This document shows, piece after piece, positions 9,841 to 20,468 of a DNA stretch of 64,000 nt. The notes beneath the pieces are model-generated. The model was not told the origin of the DNA. It saw nothing but the letters and a program-made list of their open reading frames with translations, and ran no database searches. Each line of letters begins with the position of its first letter. The first letter of the stretch is position 1. The stretch is from Dyadobacter sp. (lineage in GTDB: Bacteria; Bacteroidota; Bacteroidia; Cytophagales; Spirosomataceae): assembly GCF_051859145.1 (NCBI RefSeq), contig NZ_JBHYGF010000001.1, positions 4,032 to 68,031 of the forward strand. Direction: 5' to 3'. A program made the position numbers and the translations under genes.

Positions 9841-11460
9841 ATGCCTATTCCTATTATTGATTTATTTGCAGGGCCAGGGGGATTGGCAGAAGGGTTTAGT
9901 TCCCTGACCAATAATGTGGGAGACCGCGTTTTTAAAGTCAAGCTTTCTATTGAAAAGGACGCCGCAGCTCACAAAACGCTGACTTTACGCTCATTTGTCC
10001 GGCAATTTCCATTTAGAAAATTACCTGATGAGTATTATCGGTTTGTAGAAGGTGAGATTTCATTATCTGAATTATATCAGTTATTCCCTGATCAATATCA
10101 CCAGGCTGCTGATGAAGCGTGGCAGGCAACTCTAGGTGAAACATCTCCGCAGGAAGTCGACCAAAGAATAGCAACAGCACTTAGCAATGAAACGGACTGG
10201 GTACTGATTGGAGGTCCTCCATGTCAGGCCTACTCAAACGCCGGACGCTCCAGGGTAGGAGGGATATCTGAGGAAGACCATCGGGTCTATCTTTATAAGG
10301 AATATCTAAGAATAATTGCCAGACACCACCCAGCAGTTTTTGTAATGGAAAATGTAGAGGGGCTTTTGTCGGCAAAATTAAATGATGAGAAGATTTTTGG
10401 ATGGATACTCAGAGATCTTAGTGATCCGTCTTCCGTTTTTGGAGAACACAATTCTCCAGGATACCGCATTTACTCTCTTGTCAAGAACAAGGTTTCGAAA
10501 GATTCTGACTATCTGATAAGAGCGGAGGATTTTGGAATTCCTCAAAAGAGGCACCGTGTAATCCTTATAGGTGTCCGAGAAGATATATTAAAGCGCCCGG
10601 GTATTTTATCCAGATCCGAAAAGGTGGATCTGAAATCAGTTATAGGATTGTTGCCTAAAATCAGGAGTGGCATCAGCAGATCATTTTCTCACAGTGAAAT
10701 TGTAAGAAAGGACAACGGCCTACAAAGTAAAAAGCGATTCTATTCCCGGTTTGAAAACTCCTTCGAAGCCTGGCGGGAACAAATTGAGGATTTTAGTAAG
10801 GAATTACTTACAAAACTGGATTTAGCGGGTTTTTCGAACCAACATCCGGAAACAATGGGCTCCGAATTCTTACGAACGAACGATGCTCACATTGCTGGCA
10901 GTCACATTCTGTCTGAATGGTATACCGATAAAAACCTTACTGGTATAACTCATCATATTTCCAGAAGCCACCTTCTCCAGGACTTGAAGCGGTATCTTTT
11001 TGCAGCCTTATACACTACAAAGAATAACCGGTTTCCTAAACTCAACGATTATAAGCTATTTGATGAGGAGTTACTCCCTGATCACGGCAATGTGGAATCC
11101 GGAAAATTTACAGACAGGTTTCGCGTTCAACTCCCTGATTTTCCGGCAACAACTGTAACAAGCCATATCAGTAAAGATGGACACTACTTCATACATTATG
11201 ATCCTATTCAATGTAGAAGTTTGACGGTTAGGGAGGCAGCGAGAATCCAAACTTTTCCGGATAACTATATTTTTTGTGGAAACAGAACGGATCAGTACCA
11301 TCAGGTTGGTAATGCAGTTCCTCCATTTCTTGCATTTCAGATTGCTGATATCGTTAGTAAAGTTTTTTATGAAGAAGACGAAGGAAAGAAGATAAGTATT
11401 TTACCAAAAACTAAGTATTTGACTGTTAAAGGGAAACAAATAGAAATATTTTTATTTTGA
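9841..11460 (+). CDS. dcm: DNA cytosine-5 methyltransferase
   Basis: Motif I DLFAGPGG, catalytic GGPPCQ, MENV, PQKRHRV, motifs IX-X REAARIQTFP and QVGNAVP. Confidence 0.95.
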   Translation: MPIPIIDLFAGPGGLAEGFSSLTNNVGDRVFKVKLSIEKDAAAHKTLTLRSFVRQFPFRKLPDEYYRFVEGEISLSELYQLFPDQYHQAADEAWQATLGETSPQEVDQRIATALSNETDWVLIGGPPCQAYSNAGRSRVGGISEEDHRVYLYKEYLRIIARHHPAVFVMENVEGLLSAKLNDEKIFGWILRDLSDPSSVFGEHNSPGYRIYSLVKNKVSKDSDYLIRAEDFGIPQKRHRVILIGVREDILKRPGILSRSEKVDLKSVIGLLPKIRSGISRSFSHSEIVRKDNGLQSKKRFYSRFENSFEAWREQIEDFSKELLTKLDLAGFSNQHPETMGSEFLRTNDAHIAGSHILSEWYTDKNLTGITHHISRSHLLQDLKRYLFAALYTTKNNRFPKLNDYKLFDEELLPDHGNVESGKFTDRFRVQLPDFPATTVTSHISKDGHYFIHYDPIQCRSLTVREAARIQTFPDNYIFCGNRTDQYHQVGNAVPPFLAFQIADIVSKVFYEEDEGKKISILPKTKYLTVKGKQIEIFLF

Positions 11461-12968
11461 TGGACGAGAAATACGAAGATGCAATTCCCACGCCTGAATT
11501 TTTAATTAAATCGATTGCAGAACAAGGGTATTCACTTGAGACATCAATCAGTGACTTGATAGACAATTCCGTTTCTGCGAATGCAGACAAAATTGAAATT
11601 CTGATAGATCCGGACAGTTATCCTTTTACTCTGTTTCTTGTCGACAATGGAGATGGCATGAGTGAAAGTGTCTTGAAACAATGTATGCAATTTCCAAGCA
11701 CATCTCCAGAGAATAGCAGGGAAAAGAGCGATTTGGGCAGATTTGGCCTGGGGATGAAAACGGCCTCCTTTGCTCAGACCCGCAGATTTACAGTAATATC
11801 TAAGAAAAAGGGGGCAGAGAAGTATTGTGCACGTACATGGGATGTAGATTATCTTAAAAAAAAAGGCAGCTGGCGGATTTTGATTAATACCCAGGAGGAG
11901 ATATTAGAATACCTTAATAAATACCGTAGCTTGAGCAACGGATATTTTAATAAATTCGAAGATTTTGAAGCGAACACAATTATTGTCTGGCAGAAGCTGT
12001 ACAAGTTTGAAGACCATCTTGATGGTAATGACAGGACAAATGCACTAAAAACCCAAATAACAGAAATTACAACTGAGTATCTCGCTCTGGTTTTCCACAG
12101 ATTCATGGAAAGGAAAATCTGTCCATTAAAAATTCGTGTAAACAATAAATTAATTGAACCATTTAACCCGTTCCCTACCAATCAAACTGATTTGAGGCTT
12201 ATCGAGTCAAGGCAGAAAGTTTTTAAATCTGATATAATAAGTCTCGAGGGCTATGTGCTTCCGGTAAGAAGTATTGAAGAGAGCAAAGAAGTTCATAATA
12301 TCTGGACAACAAAAAGCAGGGGATTAATGGATATGGAAGGTCTGTACATTTACAGATCGGACCGGATCATTTTATTTGGGGGCTGGAACGGAATAATCCG
12401 GAAGTCTCCAAGACTACAGTTGGCACGTTTAAAGGTAGAAGTGGGAAATAAAATTGATGACTTACTCCATCTAAATGTGGCAAAGTCTCAGGTATCAATT
12501 CCATTCGATTTGAAAATGGGGTTTCTTAAATATATAGCAGAACTAAGGGAACAAGCAGAAAAGGAATACTATAACCGGGGAATCAGGAGAATTTCTTCTT
12601 CTAAATCGGATAGTGTGCCTCAATTATTTGAACGTCATGCAACAAACAGAGGAACACAGATTGAAATAAATAACAAGTTCCCTCTGGTTCAGTTAATCAG
12701 TAATTCAATGGATTATGAACAGCAAAAAGAGTTTAGACTACTTTTAAAGATGGTCAATAATCTGGTAAATAAACTTGGAAGAGCTAATGAAGATGACAAT
12801 AAAATAAATGTCAGCACTGATTCTGATGATGAATCGGACTTGTATAATACTATTCAGAAACTACTTATAAGTGGAACTAGCAGGGAAGTTATCAGACTGG
12901 CAATTCTTCCTGCACTTGGATACAGAATTGACAATATACCACCTCATATAAATCAGTTATTAAATTGA
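11457..12968 (+). CDS. GHKL (MORC/MutL-like) ATPase
   Basis: DLIDNSVSANA, DNGDGM and LGRFGLGMKTAS GHKL motifs; overlaps the dcm stop. Confidence 0.9.
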   Translation: MMDEKYEDAIPTPEFLIKSIAEQGYSLETSISDLIDNSVSANADKIEILIDPDSYPFTLFLVDNGDGMSESVLKQCMQFPSTSPENSREKSDLGRFGLGMKTASFAQTRRFTVISKKKGAEKYCARTWDVDYLKKKGSWRILINTQEEILEYLNKYRSLSNGYFNKFEDFEANTIIVWQKLYKFEDHLDGNDRTNALKTQITEITTEYLALVFHRFMERKICPLKIRVNNKLIEPFNPFPTNQTDLRLIESRQKVFKSDIISLEGYVLPVRSIEESKEVHNIWTTKSRGLMDMEGLYIYRSDRIILFGGWNGIIRKSPRLQLARLKVEVGNKIDDLLHLNVAKSQVSIPFDLKMGFLKYIAELREQAEKEYYNRGIRRISSSKSDSVPQLFERHATNRGTQIEINNKFPLVQLISNSMDYEQQKEFRLLLKMVNNLVNKLGRANEDDNKINVSTDSDDESDLYNTIQKLLISGTSREVIRLAILPALGYRIDNIPPHINQLLN

Positions 12969-12971
12969 AAA

Positions 12972-15900
12972 ATGACTAACTCTGAATGTATTGAATTTAT
13001 TAAATCATTTATCAAACAGAAGGCAATTGAAAGCGGGCGCGTCAATGAGCTATTTTTTGATAAGACAAAGCTTGAATTAATATCGGTTAAAGATATTTTT
13101 CCAGGATTATCATCCTTTGATGAAACTACGTTTTCACATCTCTATGACGTTTCTGTCAAAGAATATCAGTCCGTGTTTCCGATTGAAATTGATCCATCTA
13201 TTTCGCTGGTTAAAAAGGGTTTTGTAACCTGGTTAACTGAAAAAAGGAAGGAGGAGCTTGCAACTGATTACATTGACAGATACCTGAGATTTCTTTCCTT
13301 AAAAAAGGGGCGGTCAGAGAGAGTTGTAAACGAACTTGCATCATCAAGTGAAAAAATTCTGTCCAAGTTGGGCGATCCAAAGTCTAACACTCCGTTTTAT
13401 ACCAAAGGATTAGTTGTAGGCAGCGTTCAATCTGGTAAAACAGGGAACTTCAATGCAGTAATAAACCGATCGATTGATGCAGGTTATAGTCTGATCGTTA
13501 TATTATCAGGTATAATGGAAGATTTGCGAAGTCAGACCCAGTTGAGGATTAGTGAAGAAGTTATAGGTGAGGGAACTGATATTTCCAAAGGCAATATCGG
13601 TGATATCGGTGTTGCCCAAATACGGAAGTTCGGCGAGCGTGGAGATCAGAGTGTTGCGCAGGTATTTTCAATCACTTCATATAAATCGGATTTCAAAAGA
13701 ACCGTTAAGGATATTGATTTCTCATTAAATAAAAAGAATATTCTTGTATGTAAGAAAAACACCGGAGTACTCAAGAATTTACTTATATGGCTTAGTGATA
13801 GTTTAAATGAGAGAGAAAAACATGACATACCATTACTGATAGTTGATGATGAGGCAGACAATGCTTCATTAAATAATTTAGGCAAAAAAGGAGCCGAATA
13901 CGCCAGTGCAATCAATGGGCAAATCAGAGCTTTGCTGGAAATGTTCACAAAGAAGTCTTATCTGGGCTATACGGCTACTCCCTTTGCAAATGTTTTGCAG
14001 GACAGGCATAAGGCTAGTGATACTAAACTGGCAATAGCCTATAAAGTAAATGGCGTCAGCACTAAAAGGGACTTTGATATGGTCCCCACTATCTTTCCCG
14101 AAAATTTCATTGAGCTACTTAACCCGCCAAGTAACTACATAGGTGCTAAACAGATTTTTGAAACCGTTTTAGATGAATCGGTTAAAATTCCAATGGTTGA
14201 AGTGGTGAGAGATACCAATTTTTCCTTCCCATCCCGGGTTCCAAAAGAAGACGGTACAGAAAGAGCAGCAAATAGAAATGACAGTTATCCAGAGAGTCTT
14301 CCGTCTTCGCTTGAGGAAGCTACACACTGTTTTTTGTTGGGAATTGCCTTGCGGCTTAGCAGAACTGCTGACATGGCCGACTCAGGGCTTTTAAACCCAC
14401 ATCATACAATGCTTGTTCATATTTCTCGATTTATACCGTGGCAGAATAAAACCAAGGTGTTAATTGAAGAGCTTGTAAAGAAATTGGAAGAGGATATCAA
14501 CAATGATCTTCCAAATAATCGAAGACGAATTTATGGAACGCTGGAAAAAACCTGGAATAAGTATTTCGCAGCCATCGTGCATAATATCAGAACATATCTT
14601 CCGGAAGGTTATTCAGATGAATTTCTGGTGCCAAAGAGGTTTGATGATATAAAAAGCTATCTTATTGAAGCTGCAAAAGGTATTGAAGTAAAGGCGATTA
14701 ACAGTGAAACCGGTGATAAACTGCAGTATATCAAGGATAGTTCAGGAAATGGGAAAAAGTACATTGCTGTTGGAGGTAACCGGTTGTCCCGGGGCTTCAC
14801 CCTTGAGGGTTTAACAATTAACTATTTTATACGAAATACAAATTACTCTGACACCTTGCTTCAAATGGGACGGTGGTTTGGTTACAGACCAGGATATTTG
14901 GATTGCTGCAAGGTCTTTACTACGCCGGATGCTGTTCAAAAATTTGACTCAACAACCAGGGCGATTGAAGAATTAGAGGCAGAATTTGGGAAAATGAACA
15001 GGAATCATCTGACGCCGACAGAGTTTGTACTTAGAGTAAGGAAGCATCCGGGCACTTTAAAAATTACCCGTCCTGCGATTCTAAAAGACACCAAGGTAGT
15101 TAACTGGTCATATCAGGACCAGCTTGTACAAACAACACGTTTTAAGATCAATGATGCGAAACGCCTGGATAAATCATGGGAAGATTTTAAAGATTTCATT
15201 ATAAGTCATAATCCTTCTCTGACAGAGGATCAAAACTTCATTCGGGTTGATTTAGACGTTGATCAGGTAATTGAATTTCTGCGTTTGCCCAATACGTTTG
15301 AAGACTTTGAAATGCAATCAATTATCCGGTTTATTGAGTTATGTAGAGCGAAGGGTAAATTAAAGAAGTGGACGGTTGCTATCAAGGTGAAAGGTAGGGG
15401 AGAGTCATTGAAAAAGAGTGATACCGGCTTTCCTGCCGATATTGATATGTCTCAGAGGTCTGGTCCGGGAAAGGTAAAAAAGGAGACTGAATATTCATCC
15501 TACCTAAAAGGCCTTTTCTTGACTGACGGTATTTTTTCTTCTTCCGGCAAATCAGCAAATATTGTTGCGGCTGGCTCAGACTTTAATATTTTGTTATCCA
15601 AGGAACAAAGTAAGACGGCTGAAGCAAAGTTCCGCGCTGAGACAAAAGAGAAATTTAAAGAAAAAAAATCCGATAAAGATCCTGATAAAGTTACCGTTCC
15701 GGAAAGAGTATACCGCGAAGAAATGTCAGATGAAACAGCTTTGATCGTAGTCTATCTGATAGATTTAAAAAGCGTATTTCTGCAAGGTGAGCCAGAGCCA
15801 GACGTAGATTTTGGGAAGATGATCACAGATTACGGTATTAATACTGCTGTTCCATTAATCGGGTACGCAATTGGTTTTCCTAAAATCAGTCCAGATCCGG

Positions 15901-15986
15901 GCGGTGAATATGTACATGGAGATTATGAAATGGATGAAGAAGGCAGCGATGAGTGGGATGAATCTTTGGAAAGCACTGACGAATAG
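12972..15986 (+). CDS. Z1-domain SF2-helicase-like endonuclease subunit
   Basis: GSVQSGKT Walker A, DDEADNAS, GYTATPFAN, GGNRLSRGFTLEGL and QMGRWFGYR motifs. Confidence 0.9.
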   Translation: MTNSECIEFIKSFIKQKAIESGRVNELFFDKTKLELISVKDIFPGLSSFDETTFSHLYDVSVKEYQSVFPIEIDPSISLVKKGFVTWLTEKRKEELATDYIDRYLRFLSLKKGRSERVVNELASSSEKILSKLGDPKSNTPFYTKGLVVGSVQSGKTGNFNAVINRSIDAGYSLIVILSGIMEDLRSQTQLRISEEVIGEGTDISKGNIGDIGVAQIRKFGERGDQSVAQVFSITSYKSDFKRTVKDIDFSLNKKNILVCKKNTGVLKNLLIWLSDSLNEREKHDIPLLIVDDEADNASLNNLGKKGAEYASAINGQIRALLEMFTKKSYLGYTATPFANVLQDRHKASDTKLAIAYKVNGVSTKRDFDMVPTIFPENFIELLNPPSNYIGAKQIFETVLDESVKIPMVEVVRDTNFSFPSRVPKEDGTERAANRNDSYPESLPSSLEEATHCFLLGIALRLSRTADMADSGLLNPHHTMLVHISRFIPWQNKTKVLIEELVKKLEEDINNDLPNNRRRIYGTLEKTWNKYFAAIVHNIRTYLPEGYSDEFLVPKRFDDIKSYLIEAAKGIEVKAINSETGDKLQYIKDSSGNGKKYIAVGGNRLSRGFTLEGLTINYFIRNTNYSDTLLQMGRWFGYRPGYLDCCKVFTTPDAVQKFDSTTRAIEELEAEFGKMNRNHLTPTEFVLRVRKHPGTLKITRPAILKDTKVVNWSYQDQLVQTTRFKINDAKRLDKSWEDFKDFIISHNPSLTEDQNFIRVDLDVDQVIEFLRLPNTFEDFEMQSIIRFIELCRAKGKLKKWTVAIKVKGRGESLKKSDTGFPADIDMSQRSGPGKVKKETEYSSYLKGLFLTDGIFSSSGKSANIVAAGSDFNILLSKEQSKTAEAKFRAETKEKFKEKKSDKDPDKVTVPERVYREEMSDETALIVVYLIDLKSVFLQGEPEPDVDFGKMITDYGINTAVPLIGYAIGFPKISPDPGGEYVHGDYEMDEEGSDEWDESLESTDE

Positions 15987-15992
15987 CATCCC

Positions 15993-16970
15993 ATGGAAAT
16001 ACAGGATATAAGCCGAAAATGGCTTTTAATGAACCCTCCGAGCGGAAATGCATATGCATCTGTACGTATCGACAGTACATCCTTACCGGGAATGTTCCTT
16101 GGCTTGAATAGTGAGAGTAAAAGATGTCTTATTTTAAAGTTGCCCAAGGGGTATAATCCTGATTTTCAGTCGTCTGTCAAGCAGAACTTATCATTAAGTC
16201 TTTACGCTGAAAGTGGATGGGTTGTATTAACGCTGCTCGACGATAACTTTTATGACTTGTTTGACGATTTGATTTTCTCGATATATATTAAAATCCATTC
16301 AATGTCATCGGCTAGGATATATGTCACAGAATTGCTCAAAACGTATTACAAATGGAGTGAGTTTTTTAAGGATATGCATAACCAAAGCTTAGCAGACGAG
16401 ACAGTCAGGGGGCTATTTGGTGAGTTGACGGTTCTCAATGAAATGGTACTGGAATCTACATCTGCCGATATTAATGATGTTCTTAAATCCTGGAAAGGGC
16501 CATATGATACTAACCATGACTTTGTTAATGAAATCTGTGACAAAGAGGTTAAAACAAGACTTGAATCTGTTTTAAATATCAGAATAGCAAGTGAGCATCA
16601 ACTTCAGGCGGATATCGGCAAGAATCTTGAATTGGTTATTGTAACTCTGGTGTCAGATACGGTTAATGGACTGTCTTTACTCGACCTTGTCATAACAATC
16701 AGAGACATTGTAATGTCGAAACTTGGTGACTACACGATTGTTTTAAATGGCCTTTCACAAAAGGGCTTGAATGTCAGTTCTTTACAGGCCTATAAAGATT
16801 TGAGGTTTGTTCTTGTCAAAATCTCCAGCTATGACTGTTGTCAAGTTGAATTTCCCAAAATAGTCAGAAGTAATATCGCCGCGGCGGTAAGTTCTGTGTC
16901 ATATAAATTAAATGTAGAAGAGCTTACACCCTTTATCTTATCAGAAACGCTTTTTAATGGAAATAAATGA
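15993..16970 (+). CDS. PD-(D/E)XK motif protein (DUF4420-like)
   Basis: RGLFGEL, WKGP..HDF, EVKT and IASEHQL; canonical position after Z1. Confidence 0.85.
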   Translation: MEIQDISRKWLLMNPPSGNAYASVRIDSTSLPGMFLGLNSESKRCLILKLPKGYNPDFQSSVKQNLSLSLYAESGWVVLTLLDDNFYDLFDDLIFSIYIKIHSMSSARIYVTELLKTYYKWSEFFKDMHNQSLADETVRGLFGELTVLNEMVLESTSADINDVLKSWKGPYDTNHDFVNEICDKEVKTRLESVLNIRIASEHQLQADIGKNLELVIVTLVSDTVNGLSLLDLVITIRDIVMSKLGDYTIVLNGLSQKGLNVSSLQAYKDLRFVLVKISSYDCCQVEFPKIVRSNIAAAVSSVSYKLNVEELTPFILSETLFNGNK

Positions 16971-19344
16971 ATACCTGAAATACAGAGAGGATTTACTTGT
17001 TGATACAAAGGATGAAGATGGCTTTATCAGCGAATCCAGGTTCTTAGACCTGGTATTACCCTCTCTCAGTGATGCAAAACTTATTGATTCAGAAGATTAT
17101 ACAGATTGTTATCTGTATTTGAAACAGGATAATATAAAAATTAATGGATATCAGATTAATGAGTCAGAAGAACGACTTCAGATCTTCATAGTAAATGAAG
17201 AATCAATAGATCTGGGTAATACAGATGAAAATATACTCATATCTCAAAAGAGTTATTATGATTTTATTTTCGCAAAGGTGTTAAAATTTGTCCGGAAGGC
17301 CATTAAACGGCAATTAGATAACGAAATTCAGGATGCCCATCCGATTAAGCCACTGATCAATTTCATTGCGTCACCAACTTTGGGATTGGCACAAATTGAT
17401 GTTATTGAGCTGTTTCTTGTTTCAGCTACCGCCACTGTTGAAAAAAGAGGTGAAGCGCCCACACCTAAAATGTTAGATTTTGAAGATGAGGAAATACCTG
17501 TGGTTTTCTATGACCGGGAAAAAAATAGTTGCAAGAAAGATATTCACGTTTTCAAAAGGTTAATTGATTTAAATTTTCTTTACAACGTACTTATATCCCA
17601 GGGAAACAGGGAAGTTCTTGAGGTCGATTTCGAAAGACTTTTTCAGAAGGGTATCAATGCAATCAAGGCAGCTGATGAGGAGAACTTTGAATCTTACCTC
17701 TGTGTGTTACCAGCTAGTGTCCTTGCGGAGCTCTATAAGCGATATAGCACCCGGATGCTAGAAAAAAATGTCAGGTCTTTCCTTCAGTTTAAAGGTGTAA
17801 ACCAGGGAATCAGGGATACTATTCGTAAAAATCCCGAACATTTCATTGCATATAATAATGGTTTAACCATTACTGCAATTGGTGCAGAGATAGAGGAACT
17901 GGATGAGCGGACTGTTATCAAATCTCTTAAAGATTTTCAGATTGTTAATGGCGGGCAGACAACGGCCACTATATACTTTTCCCAGAAGGATGGCCTGGAC
18001 ATTAGTAAGGTGAAGGTCATGGCTAAAATCAACATTGCCAAAAACGCAAATGAGGAGGATCTGAATGAGCTCATAGGTAATATCAGCAGATACTCAAATG
18101 CACAATCAAAAGTTAGCAATGCTGATTTAAGGTCCCGCAATCAGCAGTTGATCAGACTAAAATCTATTTCTGAATCGACCCTAACGCCCTCGGGCAAGAA
18201 GTGGTTTTTTGAACGATTTAAAGGTGAGTTCAATACATTACTCAGAAAGGACCCGAAGGGAAAAACGAAGATCAATAATTTGTATCCTAAGGAGCGCCGG
18301 TTTACAAAGGAAGAACTAGCGAAATATTATATGTCCTGGGGACAAAGCCCTTACCTTGTAAAAAAAGGAGGGGACAAGATTTTCAGAACTTTTATCGAGG
18401 AGCTTTCACCGGAAAAAGCAAAGGAGCCAAATGTTAACAGAGATTTTTATGAACATGTCATAGCACGCCTCATTCTGTTTAAGGAGCTTGAAAAAATCTA
18501 TGGTGCCGGGAAGAATTCAATGGGCCAATTAAGATCAGCCGTTGTTCCCTACGCAATTTCCGTTCTGTATATAGCGACAACCGGTTCTAAATCAGTGAAC
18601 GATTTCGACTTGTTTAAAATTTGGCAGGCGGAGAAGCTCGACGACAAATTGAAAATGTTAATGACCGAGCTGATGCAGCTTGTAAATGAGCTTATTAAAA
18701 AATATTCTCTTAGTGAAGATTATGGCGAATATTCGAAACGAAAGGAGTTGTGGGACAGCATTGCTTTGTCTCGGGAGATCAAGCAATTTATAACTTCGTC
18801 ACAGTTCCTTGAGGTAACAAGGACCTATTCGATCTCACAGGAAGAACTGAAGAAACGCCTTTTAAAGAACCTGAAGGTCAAAGAGATAGATTTTGGCAAT
18901 TTGTACGATAATGCTAAAATCTTTTCCAGGGGAGCGGATTACTATAAAAAGCTTCTTATGCTATTGTTTGACAGGTTATCAGCGTCGCAAAAAAATAAGG
19001 TTGATCGATTGATCTATTGTATTAACCAGAAGGCTGATATTGACGAGGAACATTGTGAATTCGAAAGAGAGCTTATTCATAAAATCCGGGTTGAAAATCC
19101 TGATCTTTTTGACAGCATCCAATTTATGGAGAACGAGGTTTACGTGAAAGGGGTGGACAGCGTTGTGAAATTATACAATTCATGCATTGAGAATGGGTTA
19201 AACTTAACATCTGAATTTGAGAAACGCAGAGAAATCTCAAAGGCGAGAGGTCTAACAAAGTACTCTGTCTTCGACGATATTGCAAAGGGGCTATTACAAG
19301 GAAAATCTCCTTCAATAAAACAGATTTATTATACTAGTATTTGA
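16957..19344 (+). CDS. AIPR-family protein
   Basis: EKNVRSFLQ, FIAYNNGLTI, QIVNGGQTT, WFFERFKGEF; overlaps the upstream gene. Confidence 0.9.
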   Translation: MEINEYLKYREDLLVDTKDEDGFISESRFLDLVLPSLSDAKLIDSEDYTDCYLYLKQDNIKINGYQINESEERLQIFIVNEESIDLGNTDENILISQKSYYDFIFAKVLKFVRKAIKRQLDNEIQDAHPIKPLINFIASPTLGLAQIDVIELFLVSATATVEKRGEAPTPKMLDFEDEEIPVVFYDREKNSCKKDIHVFKRLIDLNFLYNVLISQGNREVLEVDFERLFQKGINAIKAADEENFESYLCVLPASVLAELYKRYSTRMLEKNVRSFLQFKGVNQGIRDTIRKNPEHFIAYNNGLTITAIGAEIEELDERTVIKSLKDFQIVNGGQTTATIYFSQKDGLDISKVKVMAKINIAKNANEEDLNELIGNISRYSNAQSKVSNADLRSRNQQLIRLKSISESTLTPSGKKWFFERFKGEFNTLLRKDPKGKTKINNLYPKERRFTKEELAKYYMSWGQSPYLVKKGGDKIFRTFIEELSPEKAKEPNVNRDFYEHVIARLILFKELEKIYGAGKNSMGQLRSAVVPYAISVLYIATTGSKSVNDFDLFKIWQAEKLDDKLKMLMTELMQLVNELIKKYSLSEDYGEYSKRKELWDSIALSREIKQFITSSQFLEVTRTYSISQEELKKRLLKNLKVKEIDFGNLYDNAKIFSRGADYYKKLLMLLFDRLSASQKNKVDRLIYCINQKADIDEEHCEFERELIHKIRVENPDLFDSIQFMENEVYVKGVDSVVKLYNSCIENGLNLTSEFEKRREISKARGLTKYSVFDDIAKGLLQGKSPSIKQIYYTSI

Positions 19345-19451
19345 AATCTTTTGTAGGCAACGTTGATAATAAATGGCATTGTGTAGTATGGCAGACATCC
19401 AACATCATTTTGGTGCGGCGATTCTACGATAATTAGTATTTTGATAAGTTA

Positions 19452-20468
19452 TTGGTTATGAAAGACTATCTTGCTCTCTTAGAGCAGCTTAAAAAAGAGA
19501 TTCGAGAAGCCCGGTTACGAGCGACGATTTCGGCTAACGTCGAAATGCTATCTCTCTATTGGAGAATTGGTAACATTATCTTACAGCAAGAAAAGCAAGA
19601 AGGGTGGGGACAGAAAGTTGTGTTACGATTGGTAACAGACCTGAAGGCGGAATTTCCAAATATGAAAAGCTTGTCGCCGCGTAACTTACGGTATATGAAG
19701 TCGTTCGCTGCGGCGTATCCTGATGAGTCAATTTTGCAAGTCACACTTGCAAAATTGACCTGGTACCATCATATTACCTTACTTAGTAAAGTAAAAGACC
19801 CAGACAAGCGCCTATTTTACATCACAGAAACAGCTCAGCAGGGCTGGTCTCGTGATGTTATGATCATGCAAATAGAATCCAATTATTCAGAACGTCATGG
19901 GAATACAGTATCAAACTTTGGGAGGGCACTTCCAGATCCTTTATCTGATCTAGCCCAACAGTCGATTAAGGATCCGTATTTGTTTGACTTTTTAACTTTG
20001 GCTGACGGTTATAAAGAACGTGATTTAGAAAACGGCCTGGTTGAACATATCACAAAATTTCTATTAGAGTTAGGCAAAGGGTTTGCTTTTGTCGGTCGGC
20101 AATATCCCATAGAGGTGTCTGATAGAGAATTTTTAATAGATCTGTTGTTTTACCATCTGAAACTCAGAGCTTATCTTGTCATCGAATTGAAAGCAGTTGA
20201 GTTTGAACCCGAATTTGTCGGAAAACTTAATTTTTACTTATCTGCTGTTGACGATCAGCTACGAACTGAACATGACAATCCAACAATTGGGCTTTTAATT
20301 TGTCGAAAGCGGGACAAACTGATGGCAGAGTACGCCTTACGCGATGTCAACAAGCCAATAGGAATCTCCGAATACAGAATATCTGAGGCGCTGCCTGATG
20401 ACCTTAAAAGCACACTCCCAACAATTGAAGAAATTGAAGAAAGATTGAAACAAGAAGGGAGTAGTTAA
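19452..20468 (+). CDS. YhcG/DUF1016 PD-(D/E)XK nuclease-domain protein
   Basis: LYWRIG, GWGQKVV..L..DL, KDPYLFDFL, IDLLFYH, IELK and DNPTIGLLIC. Confidence 0.92.
   Translation: MVMKDYLALLEQLKKEIREARLRATISANVEMLSLYWRIGNIILQQEKQEGWGQKVVLRLVTDLKAEFPNMKSLSPRNLRYMKSFAAAYPDESILQVTLAKLTWYHHITLLSKVKDPDKRLFYITETAQQGWSRDVMIMQIESNYSERHGNTVSNFGRALPDPLSDLAQQSIKDPYLFDFLTLADGYKERDLENGLVEHITKFLLELGKGFAFVGRQYPIEVSDREFLIDLLFYHLKLRAYLVIELKAVEFEPEFVGKLNFYLSAVDDQLRTEHDNPTIGLLICRKRDKLMAEYALRDVNKPIGISEYRISEALPDDLKSTLPTIEEIEERLKQEGSS

Larger units (their letters stand above)
9152..19344 (+). other. Mza-like (MutL/GHKL-Z1-DUF4420-AIPR + methylase) restriction-modification-type defence operon
   Basis: Tightly coupled gene order XRE-vsr-dcm-GHKL-Z1-DUF4420-AIPR. 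Confidence 0.8.
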
